The notes under the pieces are model-generated. The model had not been told where the DNA came from and did no database searches. It saw nothing but the letters and a program-made list of their open reading frames with translations. Source: Lophium mytilinum (taxonomy: Eukaryota). From it: 64,000 nucleotides of DNA. Where the stretch lies: the NCBI GenBank assembly GCA_010093605.1, contig MU004191.1, positions 1,348,816-1,412,815 on the forward strand, given 5' to 3'. This document shows, in pieces, positions 13,000-25,719 of this stretch (position 1 is the stretch's first letter; every line of letters begins with the position of its first letter). The position numbers and the translations under genes were made by a program.

Positions 13000-13290
13000 A
13001 TTTCTTGGCGCTTCTCCTATTGACTCAATTCACTCTATATAATTATATAAACACTACAACTATATAATCTTAATAATATTAAGCGGGGCAATTAATTCCC
13101 TATATCTAATAGCTGTATATATACTTATTCAGCGCCGCACAACTAGAATTAATAGCAGCTCGTTTATATACGGGCGCACGGCGTGGAGCATAGAGGATTA
13201 TAGAAATAGGGGTAAGTATAGCCCAACAAAGCCGCGCGCGTTGTATTAAAGTTATAGGCTAACGTTTCTCTAGCTATACGCAGTTAGTAC
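13000..13290. other. AT-rich, TpA-rich patch consistent with a RIP-degraded repeat or duplicated fragment
   Basis: Abrupt shift to tatataattatataaacactacaactatataatcttaataatattaag... with many TA and few CA/TG dinucleotides, in otherwise GC-balanced DNA. Confidence 0.6.
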
Positions 13291-14238
13291 AGTGCAGATT
13301 TTCAGGAGGAACCTCGAGTTCTTGCGAAGAACTCAACGTTCTTCGTTAAAAGGATGTCTTGCTGAATACAGTTAGGTAACGCTCAAAACAGCTAATCCGA
13401 TTGCCAAGTCTGAGCGATTTTCAGACGGAAGGACCGCTGCACAAAGGCTCTAATAATGTGACGGTGCACTGTGTTTGGCTGTCCGGGAGTCGCAAAGGCC
13501 TCACCTTGCACTGAGCACTGTGCAGGCGGCTCACAGGGTACACGCCCACGGCGATATCCTTGCCGAGATCGCGGCCGACACAACAGGTAAACCGAAGCCA
13601 AAAAGGAAAAGAGGACCCCTCCACACGCCGACTGCGCTCTGCTGCTACTCTGCTCTCGACCTACATCCAAGCCCATACAAGCCCTCTCACGCCTCCTACG
13701 TGCTTCTTCTAGTTCCTCTCCCTGCCCGCGCTGCTGCAGCGACGTTCGCCCGCTCATCCGTTGCAGTTCCGCGCTCAAGGCGTCATCACAGTATCCGCAC
13801 CAGCAGATATCTTGGCTGCCGGGCTATCCGCAATTGCACGCCGACCATTCTCCATTCGCTCGTCCCGCCAACCCAGTCCTCCCCGCGACATACCCATACA
13901 CCTCGTGCGATACACTTACAGCTCATTCTCTTGGGCACTCAGTGGCTGCATTCTTGACCCAGACCATATCCAACGTCTTGCTCGTTGCCCGGATCGCCAT
14001 ATCAACTGCGCATGCTCCAGTCCCGAACAGGACTACCATTGAGGCTTCACAGCCTCTGCACCGAGGTCTACCCACTACCGCTGGTGGAATCCCATCTCCA
14101 CGTCACAGGTAAGCTCCCGCCCGTCGGTTTGCTCTACGTGACACCATTGCCCTCCGTTCCACCTCTCCCGCCGTCCTGTCACCACCGCGTGCTTACGCTG
14201 ACCGCACACCTGAATAGCACTGCCCAAACTTGCCCAAG

Positions 14239-16769
14239 ATGACACCCACATCACACGTCCCGCCCCAGCAGGCGGTGCGCTTCAGCTCGGTCAACCAGGA
14301 AATCGATCCCGTCTCCTCGTCCCTAGACCCGTCTCTCGCATCGACAGACGAGTCGAAAGAGAACCTCTCGCTAGAAGACCAGGAGGCTATCCGCAGTCTG
14401 CCAATCTCCCTGCAGCAGTCAAGATGTCAAGCCAAGCGAATGGAGAACTTCTCCTTTGAGCCAGTATCATTGCCGCCGTCGAGAGTGAGTAATCCTCTTT
14501 CCATGTACAGACTCTGGACCCCTGCTGACTGTGTCAAAGGCACCATCACCAGCCTCCGCGCATAGGATACCTTCTACACAGTCTAGCTATCGCTCAGGCA
14601 CAACTCCAAGGCCGTCTCCCCCAGCGTCCGCCATGCACTCTCCTCCATTGACCCCCGCCGCAACCCTATCGCAAGACGGAAAGCCCTCGCCCGCCGCAGA
14701 CCAGAGGAAAGCACATAACGATCCCGCTATGATGACTCCTCAGGTCTCCCCACCCCACGAGCCTCCTCCTACATCTGTACTTACTATGAACAAGGAAAGG
14801 GAGAATAAAGACGCTGCGCCGGCCGCATCTCTCAGGCAGTCTCCACAGCCCTCCTCTCGGCCCCAGTCAATATCGGATATAAGCGGAATCGTGTCAACAC
14901 ACCCCAGACATGCTCCCACATTCACCGTTGGACCCGCTGGTGACTCTCTACCTCCTTCTCGAGAGATAAGTCCCTCTGGATCTCCCTCTTCTACTCCTGG
15001 TCACCATACCCCGGGCACATCTACTCCAACATATAGTAGACCATTTACTCCATCCGGAGAGAAGGACGATCCCTATGCCCGAAGTAAACGCCCGCCTCAG
15101 GCGAGGAACCTGGAAGCCTTGGATGCTAGATTCATCTTTGGAGGGCGAGACTCGAGGAAAAGAGACAGCCAGAATTACTCAACCTCGTCAGCGGCACCGC
15201 CGCTACCCCGCTCGCGTGGCAGTGCGACCGACATAGCAGCGAAGGAGGAGAAACGCCAAAGTTTCTTCAATGGCAATAAACACGAGAACGATTCCAAATC
15301 GAGTCAAGTAGGCATAGTTAAGCAGCATGATTCCATGTCAAATTTGAAGCGCTTTTTCAAGCTCGGAAGCCACAAACATACCAAGGACAAAGATAGCAAG
15401 TCTAGCAAAGACAAACGTTCCTCGCCTGCGCCATCTATTAAATCAAGTAAGCCGGCGAAGCCTACCCGAGCGGGTACTGCGACTCCTCCTGGCTCCGTCA
15501 GCGTTCCTTTCGCCGATGACCATGGATTGGAAAGCAAGTACGGGAAATTTGGAAAAGTCCTGGGCTCTGGAGCTGGAGGCTCAGTCCGACTGATGAAGCG
15601 GAGTAGCGACGGAGTTACATTTGCAGTGAAGCAGTTCAGAGCTCGGCATTCGTACGAGACGGAACGAGAGTATAACAAGAAAGTTACAGCAGAGTTTTGC
15701 GTCGGCTCTACGCTTCACCACGGGAACATCATCGAAACCATGGATCTTGTTCACGAGAAAGGCAATTGGTATGTTGTTATGGAGTTCGCGCCCTTCGATC
15801 TATTCGCTATCGTCATGACGGGCAAAATGAGCCGTGACGAGATAAGTTGCGCTACGTTGCAGATCCTCAACGGGGTCACCTATTTGCACAGCATGGGTCT
15901 CGCACATCGGGATCTCAAGCTGGACAATGTTGTCGTCAACGAACATGGCATCATGAAGATCATCGACTTTGGCAGTGCCGCAGTATTCAAATATCCCTTT
16001 GAGAATGAGATTGTTTTGGCAAGTGGTAAGTTCATTCCGTCTTCCGTATATCCCTCTAAGTCAACTCACCGTACTAGGCATTGTTGGATCCGATCCTTAC
16101 CTCGCGCCTGAAGTCTACGACTTGTCGAAATACGACCCACAGCCGACGGATATCTGGTCACTCGCAATAATCTTCTGCTGCATGACATTACGACGTTTCC
16201 CATGGAAGGCACCTCGCCTCTCCGATAACTCGTACAAACTGTTCGTCTCTCCAGCCAATGATGGCCCTCGAAGCATTCAATCGAAATCGGCGTCGGACCT
16301 CAATCCGAATTCCGGCGACACCCGGCGACAGGCGGGATCATACTCGGAGCCCACCTCCCGACAAGCGTCAGACACATCGACCGCACCCCCTCACCATCAT
16401 CATCACCACCACTCGACTGGAGATAAGGATGCTGCGCGCTCAGACCCTGCGGTCAACGAAAATCGACTCTCTACTGCATCGGCATCAGCGGGGTCTACTA
16501 GGGAGCAACCGCAGGTAATCAAAGGGCCATGGAGGTTACTCCGACTCCTGCCCCGCGAAAGCCGGCTCATAATTGGTCGTATGCTCGAGGTAGACCCTCG
16601 GAAACGAGCAACCATGGAAGAGATTCTCGAAGACAAATGGGTCTCAGAGAGTGCAATCTGCCGACAGGAGGAGGGCGGCATGATTGTAAGAGCAGAAGGA
16701 CACGAACACGCGCTTGAGCCTGGCACTGGTGTAGGTGCCACTTCTGCATCGCAGCAAGCTAAGCGGTAA
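14239..16769 (+). CDS. SAT4: Ser/Thr protein kinase, HAL4/SAT4 (NPR/HAL) family
   Basis: [68 protein letters not shown]. Introns near 14484-14539 and 16026-16078. Confidence 0.88.
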
Positions 16770-18315
16770 ACAGGTCAGCGCGTGTCATGTGCCGAAGATG
16801 ATGAAGTCCGAATTCGCTCATCTGTCCCGTTTTCTTCATACATAATCAAGAGTGCCTAGTAAGTGCACAGTAGGGGACAGTTGGAGGTATTGTTATGCCA
16901 TTGCATAGGCGTTCTTTTTGGATTTGGCTGAGGCCCTTTGTTTGAGTTTGGTAAGAAAGCCGGAAGGCTGCTATTTCTTCTCCCCCGACGTCTTGGGGTT
17001 GGGTGTACATATTGTTACTACTCTTCGTCGTCGGTATTGCTCCACAAAGGATTCTTCTCTTCTCTTTTTTTAATGTATTTGGTGGCTTGGGTGCGCGTAG
17101 TCTGAGCGGGTGGGGGGCATTGGCGTGCAAAGGGGTTAGCGGAATTTCTAGAGGTTTGTGGATTGACGGGGGCTGCGAAAACGCCACGTGTGACGTCTGG
17201 TATGATCTTAGACAACATATATAGCGAAATGGATTTATAGGCACAAACGAAAACCGAATGAAGAGACGCACATGCCCAGCGACGTCGTGAATAAAGAGAT
17301 AGATAAGAGGCGTCCTCTTGGCTTGCAAGTCACCCGCCTTCCTAACATAAGATACGATATGCGGCTTTACCTAGGGCCCAAGATAGCACACGCAGCTATC
17401 TCTCTCCAACGAGGGTCACATGTCTACTACAAGCAACACCCCTCCCCCCGATCGACAGCCCGGCTGCCCCGCGATGAGTCGATGGCGCAACTGCACCCGG
17501 CACGCTCGCGTTTCGGCGCTGTTTCAACTCTGCGGAGTGCCCCCGTGCCCCCTGGAGTCGACCAACGCGCTTCGCTGACAAGGACGAGGACGAGGACGAC
17601 CAGCCTTGGCACTGTGCCTCCCATACGCTGAGACGGACGCCGTGGACGCGCGGATGACGCAAAAGCGCCCCACGAGCGCGAATTCTGGCGCGTTGCACCT
17701 CCTGTTCCTGCTAGAGCTGTCGACGGAGCCATGGGTCGTCTGCGCAACTCACACACCGATTAGATAGCCAGAAAGCTACCTACCAGCTAGATTGTGCGTC
17801 TGCGACCCGGGCAGCCGGTGGAGGGGGGACGAGGTTGGAGGTGGTTGATAGAGAACTGTGCTTATCTCTTGGGGAGGGCTGATTGGGTGGGTGCGAGCCC
17901 AGCTTTTGCGCTGCTCCTCCCACAGGTTCACCATATCAAACCCAGACCCAGCAATCCTAGGGAGGGGCGCGATAGCTGGCCTGAGCGGGCGCCGACTTGC
18001 AAGAAAGCCAGCTAGCGCAACCAACGCCGCCGCTTGTGCGTGTTGGAGGGGCTGCGGGGCCTGGGGCAGAGCTCGAGCTTTTTCGTTGCTATCATATGAG
18101 AGCCAATACGTGCAGCACGTTTCTCCCAGCTTTCCTTTCTCTTGCCCTTTTTTCTCTCCCCCCGCCGCGCTTTGCCAGGCCCTTTTTTTACCTAATTGCT
18201 TTCCCACTATTGATTCCTCGTGTTTAATTCGGTTTCGGTAGAAGTTCTTCTTTGAGAGAGTTAGACTCGTTTTGGCGCTGGCGCAATAGAAGATTTTTTT
18301 CGGGAAGAGTAGAAG

Positions 18316-19655
18316 ATGCGGACGATGGTCCGCCAGCTGCCTCCTCCGCACCTCAAAGTGCCCCCTCCGTCTGCGACTTCTGCGAGCTATCGGTTCGTCG
18401 ACGTGGTTAGTCAAGGGAACCAGTACGCCGGTGCGGTTGGCGATAGGCTTATTCCTGTGATTCCTGGGTTTCGGACCAGCGCTGGTGAGTTTGGGGTTGT
18501 TTGTTTTCTCGGGTATTGGGGTGACACAGCTTTGGGAACTTCGAGGGAAATGGTCTGGACGAGCACACTATTTGATCTTATCACGTCTTCTTCTTGTTCT
18601 TCTCCATCTTCTCGTTCTATTACTTTAAAGCTCCAAACCCGCAAAAAAACCACAGCTAACACCCAACCCCAGCCTTCCTCACTTCCCTCAGCGCAAACCT
18701 CCGCCTCACCGACGACGACCTCATCCCATCCCCAATGCCCACCCCGCCCAGCATGCGCAGCAGCACCGCCCACCTCCTCCCACCCCCCTCCCCTCTCTCC
18801 GTCCCCACCTCCACCCCCCTCGCCGCGCCCTCCGCCTCGCCGGCCGAGCACCATCTAAAAGCCACCACCAACTCTACGAACACCCCCGCGACCACGCAAC
18901 CCGCGCCCGAACCCGCATTACCCGAACTCCGCACCTACCCGGCCACCACCGACGCGGACCGCATCGCCGGCCTCAAGCTCGTCGCCGACAGCGTCGCGCA
19001 GCAGCGCCAGCTGACCGCGCGCGTGCTCATCTTCCACCCGCTGCACCTCGCCGCGCTGACCGCCGTGCTCGCCGTCGTGAGCCAGTACCTGTATGCCAGC
19101 TCCGGGGATCTGGTGCTCGTGGGCACGACGTGGGGCGGCGTTGTTATGGCGTGTCTGGCCGCCGTGCGCTGGGCGGGCGGGGCGTATATCTTCCACGCCG
19201 AGACAATCGATTGGGCGTGGCTTGGGGGGGATGAGGTGGTGGTGGTAAGGTGGGGGGAGGAGGTGATTGGGGGGTTGGTGCTGGGGTGGAGTGAGGAGGG
19301 GTTGGCGGCGAAGCGGGCGAGGGGGAAGGGGGGGAGGAGGGGGTTGGGGCTTGTGAGGGGTTGGGCGGTCACGCAGAAGTATCGGGGGAAGGGGATTGGG
19401 GGGAGTTTGCTGGAGGAGGCGGTTAGGGTGGCTGGGGAGAGGGGCGCGAAGGGGATCGAGTTTGCGGAGGAGCATGCCAGTGAGTACTGCCCAGGTGGTG
19501 TCGTTAGTTGAGAGGGGGTTGCTAATCAGTGTGTAGATGCGTTGAGGATTCTGCCGGCTTTTTATAATGGCTTCTTGGATAAGAGGGATGCGAGGGCGGC
19601 GAGGGCGTTGGAGAAGGTCGCGAATGCGAAGGGGAGCTTTGGGAAGAGGAGGTGA
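18316..19655 (+). CDS. Membrane-associated GNAT-like acetyltransferase
   Basis: Exons 18316-18484, 18673-19479 and 19538-19655 join in phase. LKLVADSVAQQRQ, two TM segments, and acetyl-CoA-binding-like motif VRGWAVTQKYRGKGIGGSLL. Confidence 0.7.
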
Positions 19656-20085
19656 TGGGTGTGCGGTGGATTATAGAGGATCTGGTAGACGGAGAACGGA
19701 GCTTTAATAGATAGTTGTTAGGGCCGCATCTTCATGTGGTCGTGAATCCACCCTCTTGGAGAACTTATTCCAAACAATATTGTGCTTAGATATGAGCTTG
19801 TGCACTCTCTTTTGCATCATGCAGATTTCTTGAGACACGTTTGGCCACCCCCAACGAAACGGTAGAACCAGCCGATCAGAAGCCTGAGACCGCCTCAATA
19901 CACGACCTCTTGACCTCGACATCCCATCTCAATCCTTGATAATGCACCAGAGGACCTCAGACAGCGGCGAGCAATCGCACCCCTCTTTATCCTAGCACTT
20001 TATCATAACACACCTCATACCATTCCCATTCCTAAACGCCTTCATCTGCCGGGTATCAAACACTCATAATAACACAGCGCACCGC

Positions 20086-20422
20086 CTACGCCTCCTCCTC
20101 CTCCGGCTCCGGATATTGGATCCGCAATTCCTTGATAACTTTCTATACGCAAACATCAGCGTCGCCTCTGTCTAATGTATGCGAAGGAGGCATGTACGGC
20201 TAGCGCTTCCGGATTGACCCCATTCTCGATCAGCGAGACGCAGTAGGAGAGTTGTTGGCGGTTGAGATGCGTATTCTGTTCGCGCGTGAAGGTTAGTCGC
20301 GGCATAGCAGGGAACTGCGGGGAGGAGGGGTGGGGAGGGCGTACGAGGAGAGTCGCGATTTCGTGTAGGATGTCGATGACTTCGCGCGCGGCTTGGCGCT
20401 TGTCGACAGGTTCGGGGGGCAT
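20086..20422 (-). CDS. MZT1: Mitotic spindle organizing protein 1 (MOZART1/Mzt1)
   Basis: [48 protein letters not shown]; two introns. Confidence 0.93.
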
Positions 20423-20758
20423 TGTGGGAGGGTTGGTGGGGTGTGATGTGGTGGAGTGGAGAGCGCGTTGTTGGTGTTTAATGTTTTTGGAGAAGCGAGC
20501 GTGGGGTTCGATGGTGAAGAGGCGCGTGGAAGGTGTAGCCGAGAGAGAGGAGCTGAAACGGCGCTGGTGATGGGTTCTAGATAGATCCCACGACGATGAA
20601 GGGCTTTATGGCCAGTGTGAGGAGAAAAGCGGCTTCGCGTTTAATAATGCAATTGTATCTGGAATTGCTACAGCTATGTCCATCTGGAATCGGTTCAGAT
20701 GAAGGTGGGTGATAGAGTAGTAAAGAGTCTTCAGATTCGTACGCTGGAGGGGACAGAC

Positions 20759-20913
20759 GCCGGGGGCAGCGGATACACTTTCAATCTGTGTACACCCTGT
20801 TGATGCTGTCTGGGGTAGCCTCACGAGTGTACTAGTTGTCCAAAATGCCGTACTTTTCTATTGTTCGTAACACTGGAATGCTATGAATACTACGAGGCTC
20901 CTCACGCATCGGT
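20759..20913 (+). ncRNA. Dispersed structured element, copy 1 (candidate HDV-like ribozyme)
   Basis: Collinear similarity with 49130-49275 and conserved complementary segments (see findings). The repeat itself is clear; the ribozyme identity is inference. Confidence 0.4.
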
Positions 20914-21245
20914 AGGCGAGTGTACTATAACGAGGCATTGTAACTGAGGCCGACTTCAGCACGTTTGGAGTCTGCCCTCGCATCTACCAACTGTCAAGAC
21001 GGCACGGACTTTCCCTTTCACCGCCACAGTCACTGAGAGCAGAGATAACACGCTATCATGTGCTTTCGTGAGTTGGCGAAGCCTTGGCGAGCTCGGAAAG
21101 TCCAAGCTCGCCTCCGCCTCAGGCTCCCTCGTCGCCCCGCCTACCACAACACCTTCGCTTTCGACCAACTTTATGGTCGCATAGCCCTCACACTCACTCC
21201 ACAAGCCTTGCGGGCTACCCACGGCCGTCGGTGATCTTGAAAATC

Positions 21246-21973
21246 ATGGCCAAACCATCCACAGCCGCGAGGCCACAAGGCGCGCCCATGAGCAGGTGGA
21301 CGACCGGCTGGATCAACAACCCAGTGCAGCGATATTTCAACGGCTCCGGCTCGCAATCGACACCAACGCCCACGCCGGCAGCTGGCAATGCTTTCGGTAG
21401 AGGAGGCCTAGGCCTGGGTAAAGGCAAGGCTATGAAGCGCCATCGGTGAGTAAACAGACGCCCAAACAACCACCACCATGTTCAGGATATATCATGAACA
21501 TTGTCTAACGATCGCCCAGGCGCGTGCTGAAGGATAACATCCATGGGATCACCAAGAGTGACATCCGGTAAGTTCACATCCTCCTTTGCCGCATTGAGTC
21601 ACCTTTCTATCAGATTCCACGGTGCTGCTCGAGCCCGAGCCATCTTGTTTAGAAAGAGTTACTGTTTACGCTTCCTCTATACTGACTCGGTTGTCTCATA
21701 GTCGTCTCGCACGTCGCGGCGGCGTCAAGCGGATCTCCGCCGATGTCTACGAGGAGACACGCCTGGCTCTTCGCGCCCGCCTTGAAAAGGTACGCACAAC
21801 TACCTGACTTGCTGAAATCGCGATGCTAATTCCTATTTCTCCAGCTTCTCAAGGAGATGACAGCCGTGGTCGAAGTCTGCGGAAGGAAGACAGTCTGCGT
21901 GAGCGATGTGATCTTCGTGCTAAAGCGACTCGGCTCGCCGATCTACGGCTTTGGAGAAGCGAATAGAAGGTAG
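21246..21973 (+). CDS. Divergent histone H4-like variant
   Basis: Exons 21246-21445, 21520-21567, 21702-21789 and 21845-21973 give ...[48 protein letters not shown]...RKTVCVSDVIFVLKRLGSPIYGFG. Confidence 0.88.
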
Positions 21974-22732
21974 AGGTCGCTCCGTCCTCGGTCCTGTCCG
22001 ACAAGCTCGTCGACTTCTCGGGAACCTAGGCACCAACTGCCAGGTCGTCGACATGGAGTTCCTCTGTTGCCCCATAATTCCGGAGTTCTAGGATTTTTGA
22101 TACCTGCAGGATGATGAAGCTGTCTTTGGAGTTGTGGTCTCGAGTGTGCTCTTTGTACCTGTTCGATTGCCAGCGGCTGCTATGTGGTGGGTGGGAATGC
22201 CTTGAGGGACTTGTTGCCTAGGAGTATATTCTGCCTACAAGAATAATGAACAGTGAAATGCTTGGATGAATACATGACTTTTCACAACCCAATATATGGT
22301 ATATGTTTGCTCTGAGTTGCGGAGTTGTCGTCTCACAGATTGGGCTAGCTCCATTGAAGGCTTAGTAAGACACCAAAAGCAATTACGCAGTTGCCTCCCC
22401 TTCAACCTCAGCTTCATTCACACCATCACGCGTGAATGTTTCGAACTTTGAACAACCTATCTGACACAAGCAGCCATCAGTAAGCAGCAACCTCTGGCCT
22501 TCCAGGTATGCGAGTGTTCGTTGTCATGGCTCGCTTTGACCAGTCTACTATTTCATCCAACCTTACTTTCAAGTGCCCCTGCTCTACTCACTCATCATTA
22601 TCACGCATCTCCAATCGTCCATCTTCACAGTTCTAGCACACTTATGTCACTTATGCTATCTCGATGTCATAGCAGATTCTAAAATGTAACCAGTGCATCA
22701 AACCCAGGTTATTTTATAATCCAGTCAGCGCG

Positions 22733-23737
22733 ATGAATACACCTCCATGTACGCCTAGGAGGCAAAAGTCGCCTCCTTATGCTCGTTCTACAGTCGCGTC
22801 CTCCGCGAAAAGCTCAAGCAAGAGTCTAGCAGCACCCACAATTACAGCCAACTCAGCCGTTAAAGACCCGAGCACACCAAGTCGTTCTCCGAATCCCCAC
22901 CGCATCCCTACGCACTTTCGGACGCCACCCAGCAACGCTCCTATCAAAAGCACACCTGGTCAAGTATGCCATCTCGCCCGCCTACCCGCCGAACTCCGTA
23001 CCGTGATCTACAACTTCGTCCTCGAGCCTGAGCTCGAAAACCATATCAATCGGCCCCATCGTTTCGGCCGCTCTCTCCCCAGGACCCGTCTTGTCCGCGT
23101 CTGTCGCCGCATCCGCTACGAAGTTTCATATGAATTCTACCGTCGAGCCCACTTCAGCACCTACGTCGTCCACAACGACTTCTTCACGGTCATGAACTGG
23201 TTCCGCCGCCTTACCCCGCTTCAACGCGCTGCGGTGTCGCGGAATCCAAATCTCACTCTGGAGCTTCGGCTAAGCGCCTACCCCGGCATCATCACTAACG
23301 AGAAATACGCTTGGGATGCGACTCGGAACATTGGGAATATCTACGAGGTGTCGCCGCGCAATCGGGATAGGTTCCTCAGACTCGGGGGCTTGGTGACTTG
23401 GTTTACGTTTATTGCGCACCCGGCGCTCAGGGATGTCGAGTTCAGGTATAGCCTTGGGGCGGATAAGTGGCACTACTGGGGTATGAGTAAGCGTTTTGGG
23501 GCAGTTGATGTGGATGAGATTCTGCGGGGGACGCTCGGGCCGCTTTGGGGCGAGTCGGGAGCGCGAGCGCAGCTGGATGGAGAGCAGAAGGAGGCGGTTG
23601 TCCGGGGAGTCGAGAGAATGGTCAAGAGTTTGGAGGAAACGCAGGCTGCTCTGGGGGTGGATTTCGGCAAATGGCATCGTCGGGTGAAGCAGCTGCGGAG
23701 GTCCCTGCTTGGAAATGGTGTTGAGGGGTCCAGGTAG
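22733..23737 (+). CDS. Hypothetical protein with F-box-like LPAELR motif
   Basis: 334-aa ORF; HLARLPAELRTVIYNFVL followed by LVRVCRRIRYE, a pattern typical of fungal F-box-like/2EXR-type proteins. Confidence 0.6.
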   Translation: MNTPPCTPRRQKSPPYARSTVASSAKSSSKSLAAPTITANSAVKDPSTPSRSPNPHRIPTHFRTPPSNAPIKSTPGQVCHLARLPAELRTVIYNFVLEPELENHINRPHRFGRSLPRTRLVRVCRRIRYEVSYEFYRRAHFSTYVVHNDFFTVMNWFRRLTPLQRAAVSRNPNLTLELRLSAYPGIITNEKYAWDATRNIGNIYEVSPRNRDRFLRLGGLVTWFTFIAHPALRDVEFRYSLGADKWHYWGMSKRFGAVDVDEILRGTLGPLWGESGARAQLDGEQKEAVVRGVERMVKSLEETQAALGVDFGKWHRRVKQLRRSLLGNGVEGSR

Positions 23738-23979
23738 TGAAAACTAGCAGGTTTTATATGTCCCCTTTGACTATAAGGTAAACATTCCCTAAAGACTCTT
23801 ACCGATATGTTCGATCTCGCAATTTCATGTTGAAGAGCATAGAATCAGGCAAACGCAAATATCATCAAACTCATTGATATCTAGCTCGTCTATGCTAAAG
23901 TGTAAATCAGTGCCAATTAGGCCAAGGCTAACGACATCTCAAAGAAATGAACACGCATTAGATCGATCAATCATCTGGA

Positions 23980-25263
23980 TCATGTGGGCCCATAATGAGA
24001 CCCAGCATTCTTCATCTCATCCCAAATTTTCGGCAGCAACGCGTCACCATGAAGTGTACCGAATTGCCCCAGCCGCTCCGGCTCGCCTTCTTTCTGGAAA
24101 GCTTCCTTGATCACTCCGGCCTGACTTTTGTCCACGGGGCTCCAACTACTCGCCTTTGCAACCACCTTCTGGCCCTGCGTCTCCCCATGTGCTCGCCACA
24201 ACGAGTCGAACGGACTCCTGCCCACGCCCAGGTTCCGCCACACCTCGACCACAATCTCGATCGTTCGCAGGTTTGAGTGCGGAAGACCACGATAGCAGCA
24301 CGTAACCTGGTAGTCGGTCGAGCACTGGCCGCAGTACTTGACGTCCGACTGGAAGAACTCTTGCGGCGGCATCATGGAGAGAAATAGCTGGATGACCCAG
24401 ACTAAGTCTCTATGTCTGTGCTCTTTACTCCGGTGGCCCACGACAACCTGTGGCATTGCCCTCGTGATCTCAATCGCGATACCTGGCTGAGGCCGCAGTC
24501 TCAGGGGTATCGTAACAGTGCAGGCGGCGTGGAGTAAGAATTGGTTCGCCACGATCCGCGCCATCGTGCTGGTCTCCATCTGGCAGTCCACTCTCAGGAT
24601 CTTCGCCGTCTGCTTCGACAGGAACGTAAACTCATCCAGGGGGATCCCGTACTCCGGCCCGCAGAGGTGCCGGTTCATAGCCAGGCGCACGTGATGGTAG
24701 GCGAGCGTGAAGCCGCGTCCACAGCGCAGGAAGCTGTTGAACTGGGCACACTCGCGCTTAGTCTCGCGGCTGAAGTGCTGGGGCCCGCCGGCGTGGTCGT
24801 GGCGGTGGAATTTGTCGCACCAGGCGCAGAGCCAGTGGCTCGGGAAGGCTCGTTCGAGGATCATGGTGTTCGCCCGGCGGTCGAACTTGCTGTTATACGC
24901 CGCCCTGAGGAGGGTGTGCAGCGCCTGGGTGCCGACGGCGTAGCACGTGAAGCGCGAGCTTAGGCAGAAGGAGGCGGTCTCATGTCGGGACAGATAGGAG
25001 GCGATTTCTTGGATGATCTCGACGGGGAGTTTGTGGATGGCTGGCAGGTTGGTGGGAAGCGGGGCGGAATCGTCTGTGTATACTGCGGAGTCATGTTTTA
25101 TGTGTTGAGTGCTCTGCTCTTTCGGCTCTTCTGGAGCTGTTTGTTCCAAGATTTCGGCGGGTTCTTGAGTTTGCTTCTCTTGTAGTGATCGCAGACTCTT
25201 CTTATAAAATAATTGTGAGATGCGACGGAAGTTGGTATCAAGAGACTTATTGACTAGAATCAT
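23980..25263 (-). CDS. F-box domain protein
   Basis: IHKLPVEIIQEIASYLSRHETASFCLSSR; CAWCDKFH and CGQCSTDY Cys pairs; VWRNLG. Confidence 0.72.
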   Translation of the reverse strand: MILVNKSLDTNFRRISQLFYKKSLRSLQEKQTQEPAEILEQTAPEEPKEQSTQHIKHDSAVYTDDSAPLPTNLPAIHKLPVEIIQEIASYLSRHETASFCLSSRFTCYAVGTQALHTLLRAAYNSKFDRRANTMILERAFPSHWLCAWCDKFHRHDHAGGPQHFSRETKRECAQFNSFLRCGRGFTLAYHHVRLAMNRHLCGPEYGIPLDEFTFLSKQTAKILRVDCQMETSTMARIVANQFLLHAACTVTIPLRLRPQPGIAIEITRAMPQVVVGHRSKEHRHRDLVWVIQLFLSMMPPQEFFQSDVKYCGQCSTDYQVTCCYRGLPHSNLRTIEIVVEVWRNLGVGRSPFDSLWRAHGETQGQKVVAKASSWSPVDKSQAGVIKEAFQKEGEPERLGQFGTLHGDALLPKIWDEMKNAGSHYGPT

Positions 25264-25719
25264 AGTGATGTTAGAGTGTAGCAATGAGGCACCCGTAAGT
25301 TTACTTGAATGTTGAGACGGCACGGGTGGCTGAGGTATTAGTGGAGAGGTTCGAGATACCTCAGGGCTTTACATCTCTTTATGTTGTATGCCCTGATTCA
25401 TGAGCCAAGCGTCATCTGTTGGCAGGTGATTAGTGCATGCGGCGAAGCAGTTCCCAGGCACAAAAGGTCAGGCAGTGCAGGAGGGTGATACCTGAGGTGG
25501 ATTAGGCTGCTGGTGTTTAGTAGAGCTCTTGACTTCGCTTGTTGTGGGCTGAGCATTTCACCGGTCCCGCTAAATCGCCCACTAGTGCCCTCGTATCCAA
25601 TACCCGAAACCTGGCACTCAGATTGACGCCTTCATCAACCCCACGGCCTCAGCCACCGCCATACACCACAGAGCCACTCGACCCTCACCACCACTCCAGA
25701 CATCACTACCACCGAAATC

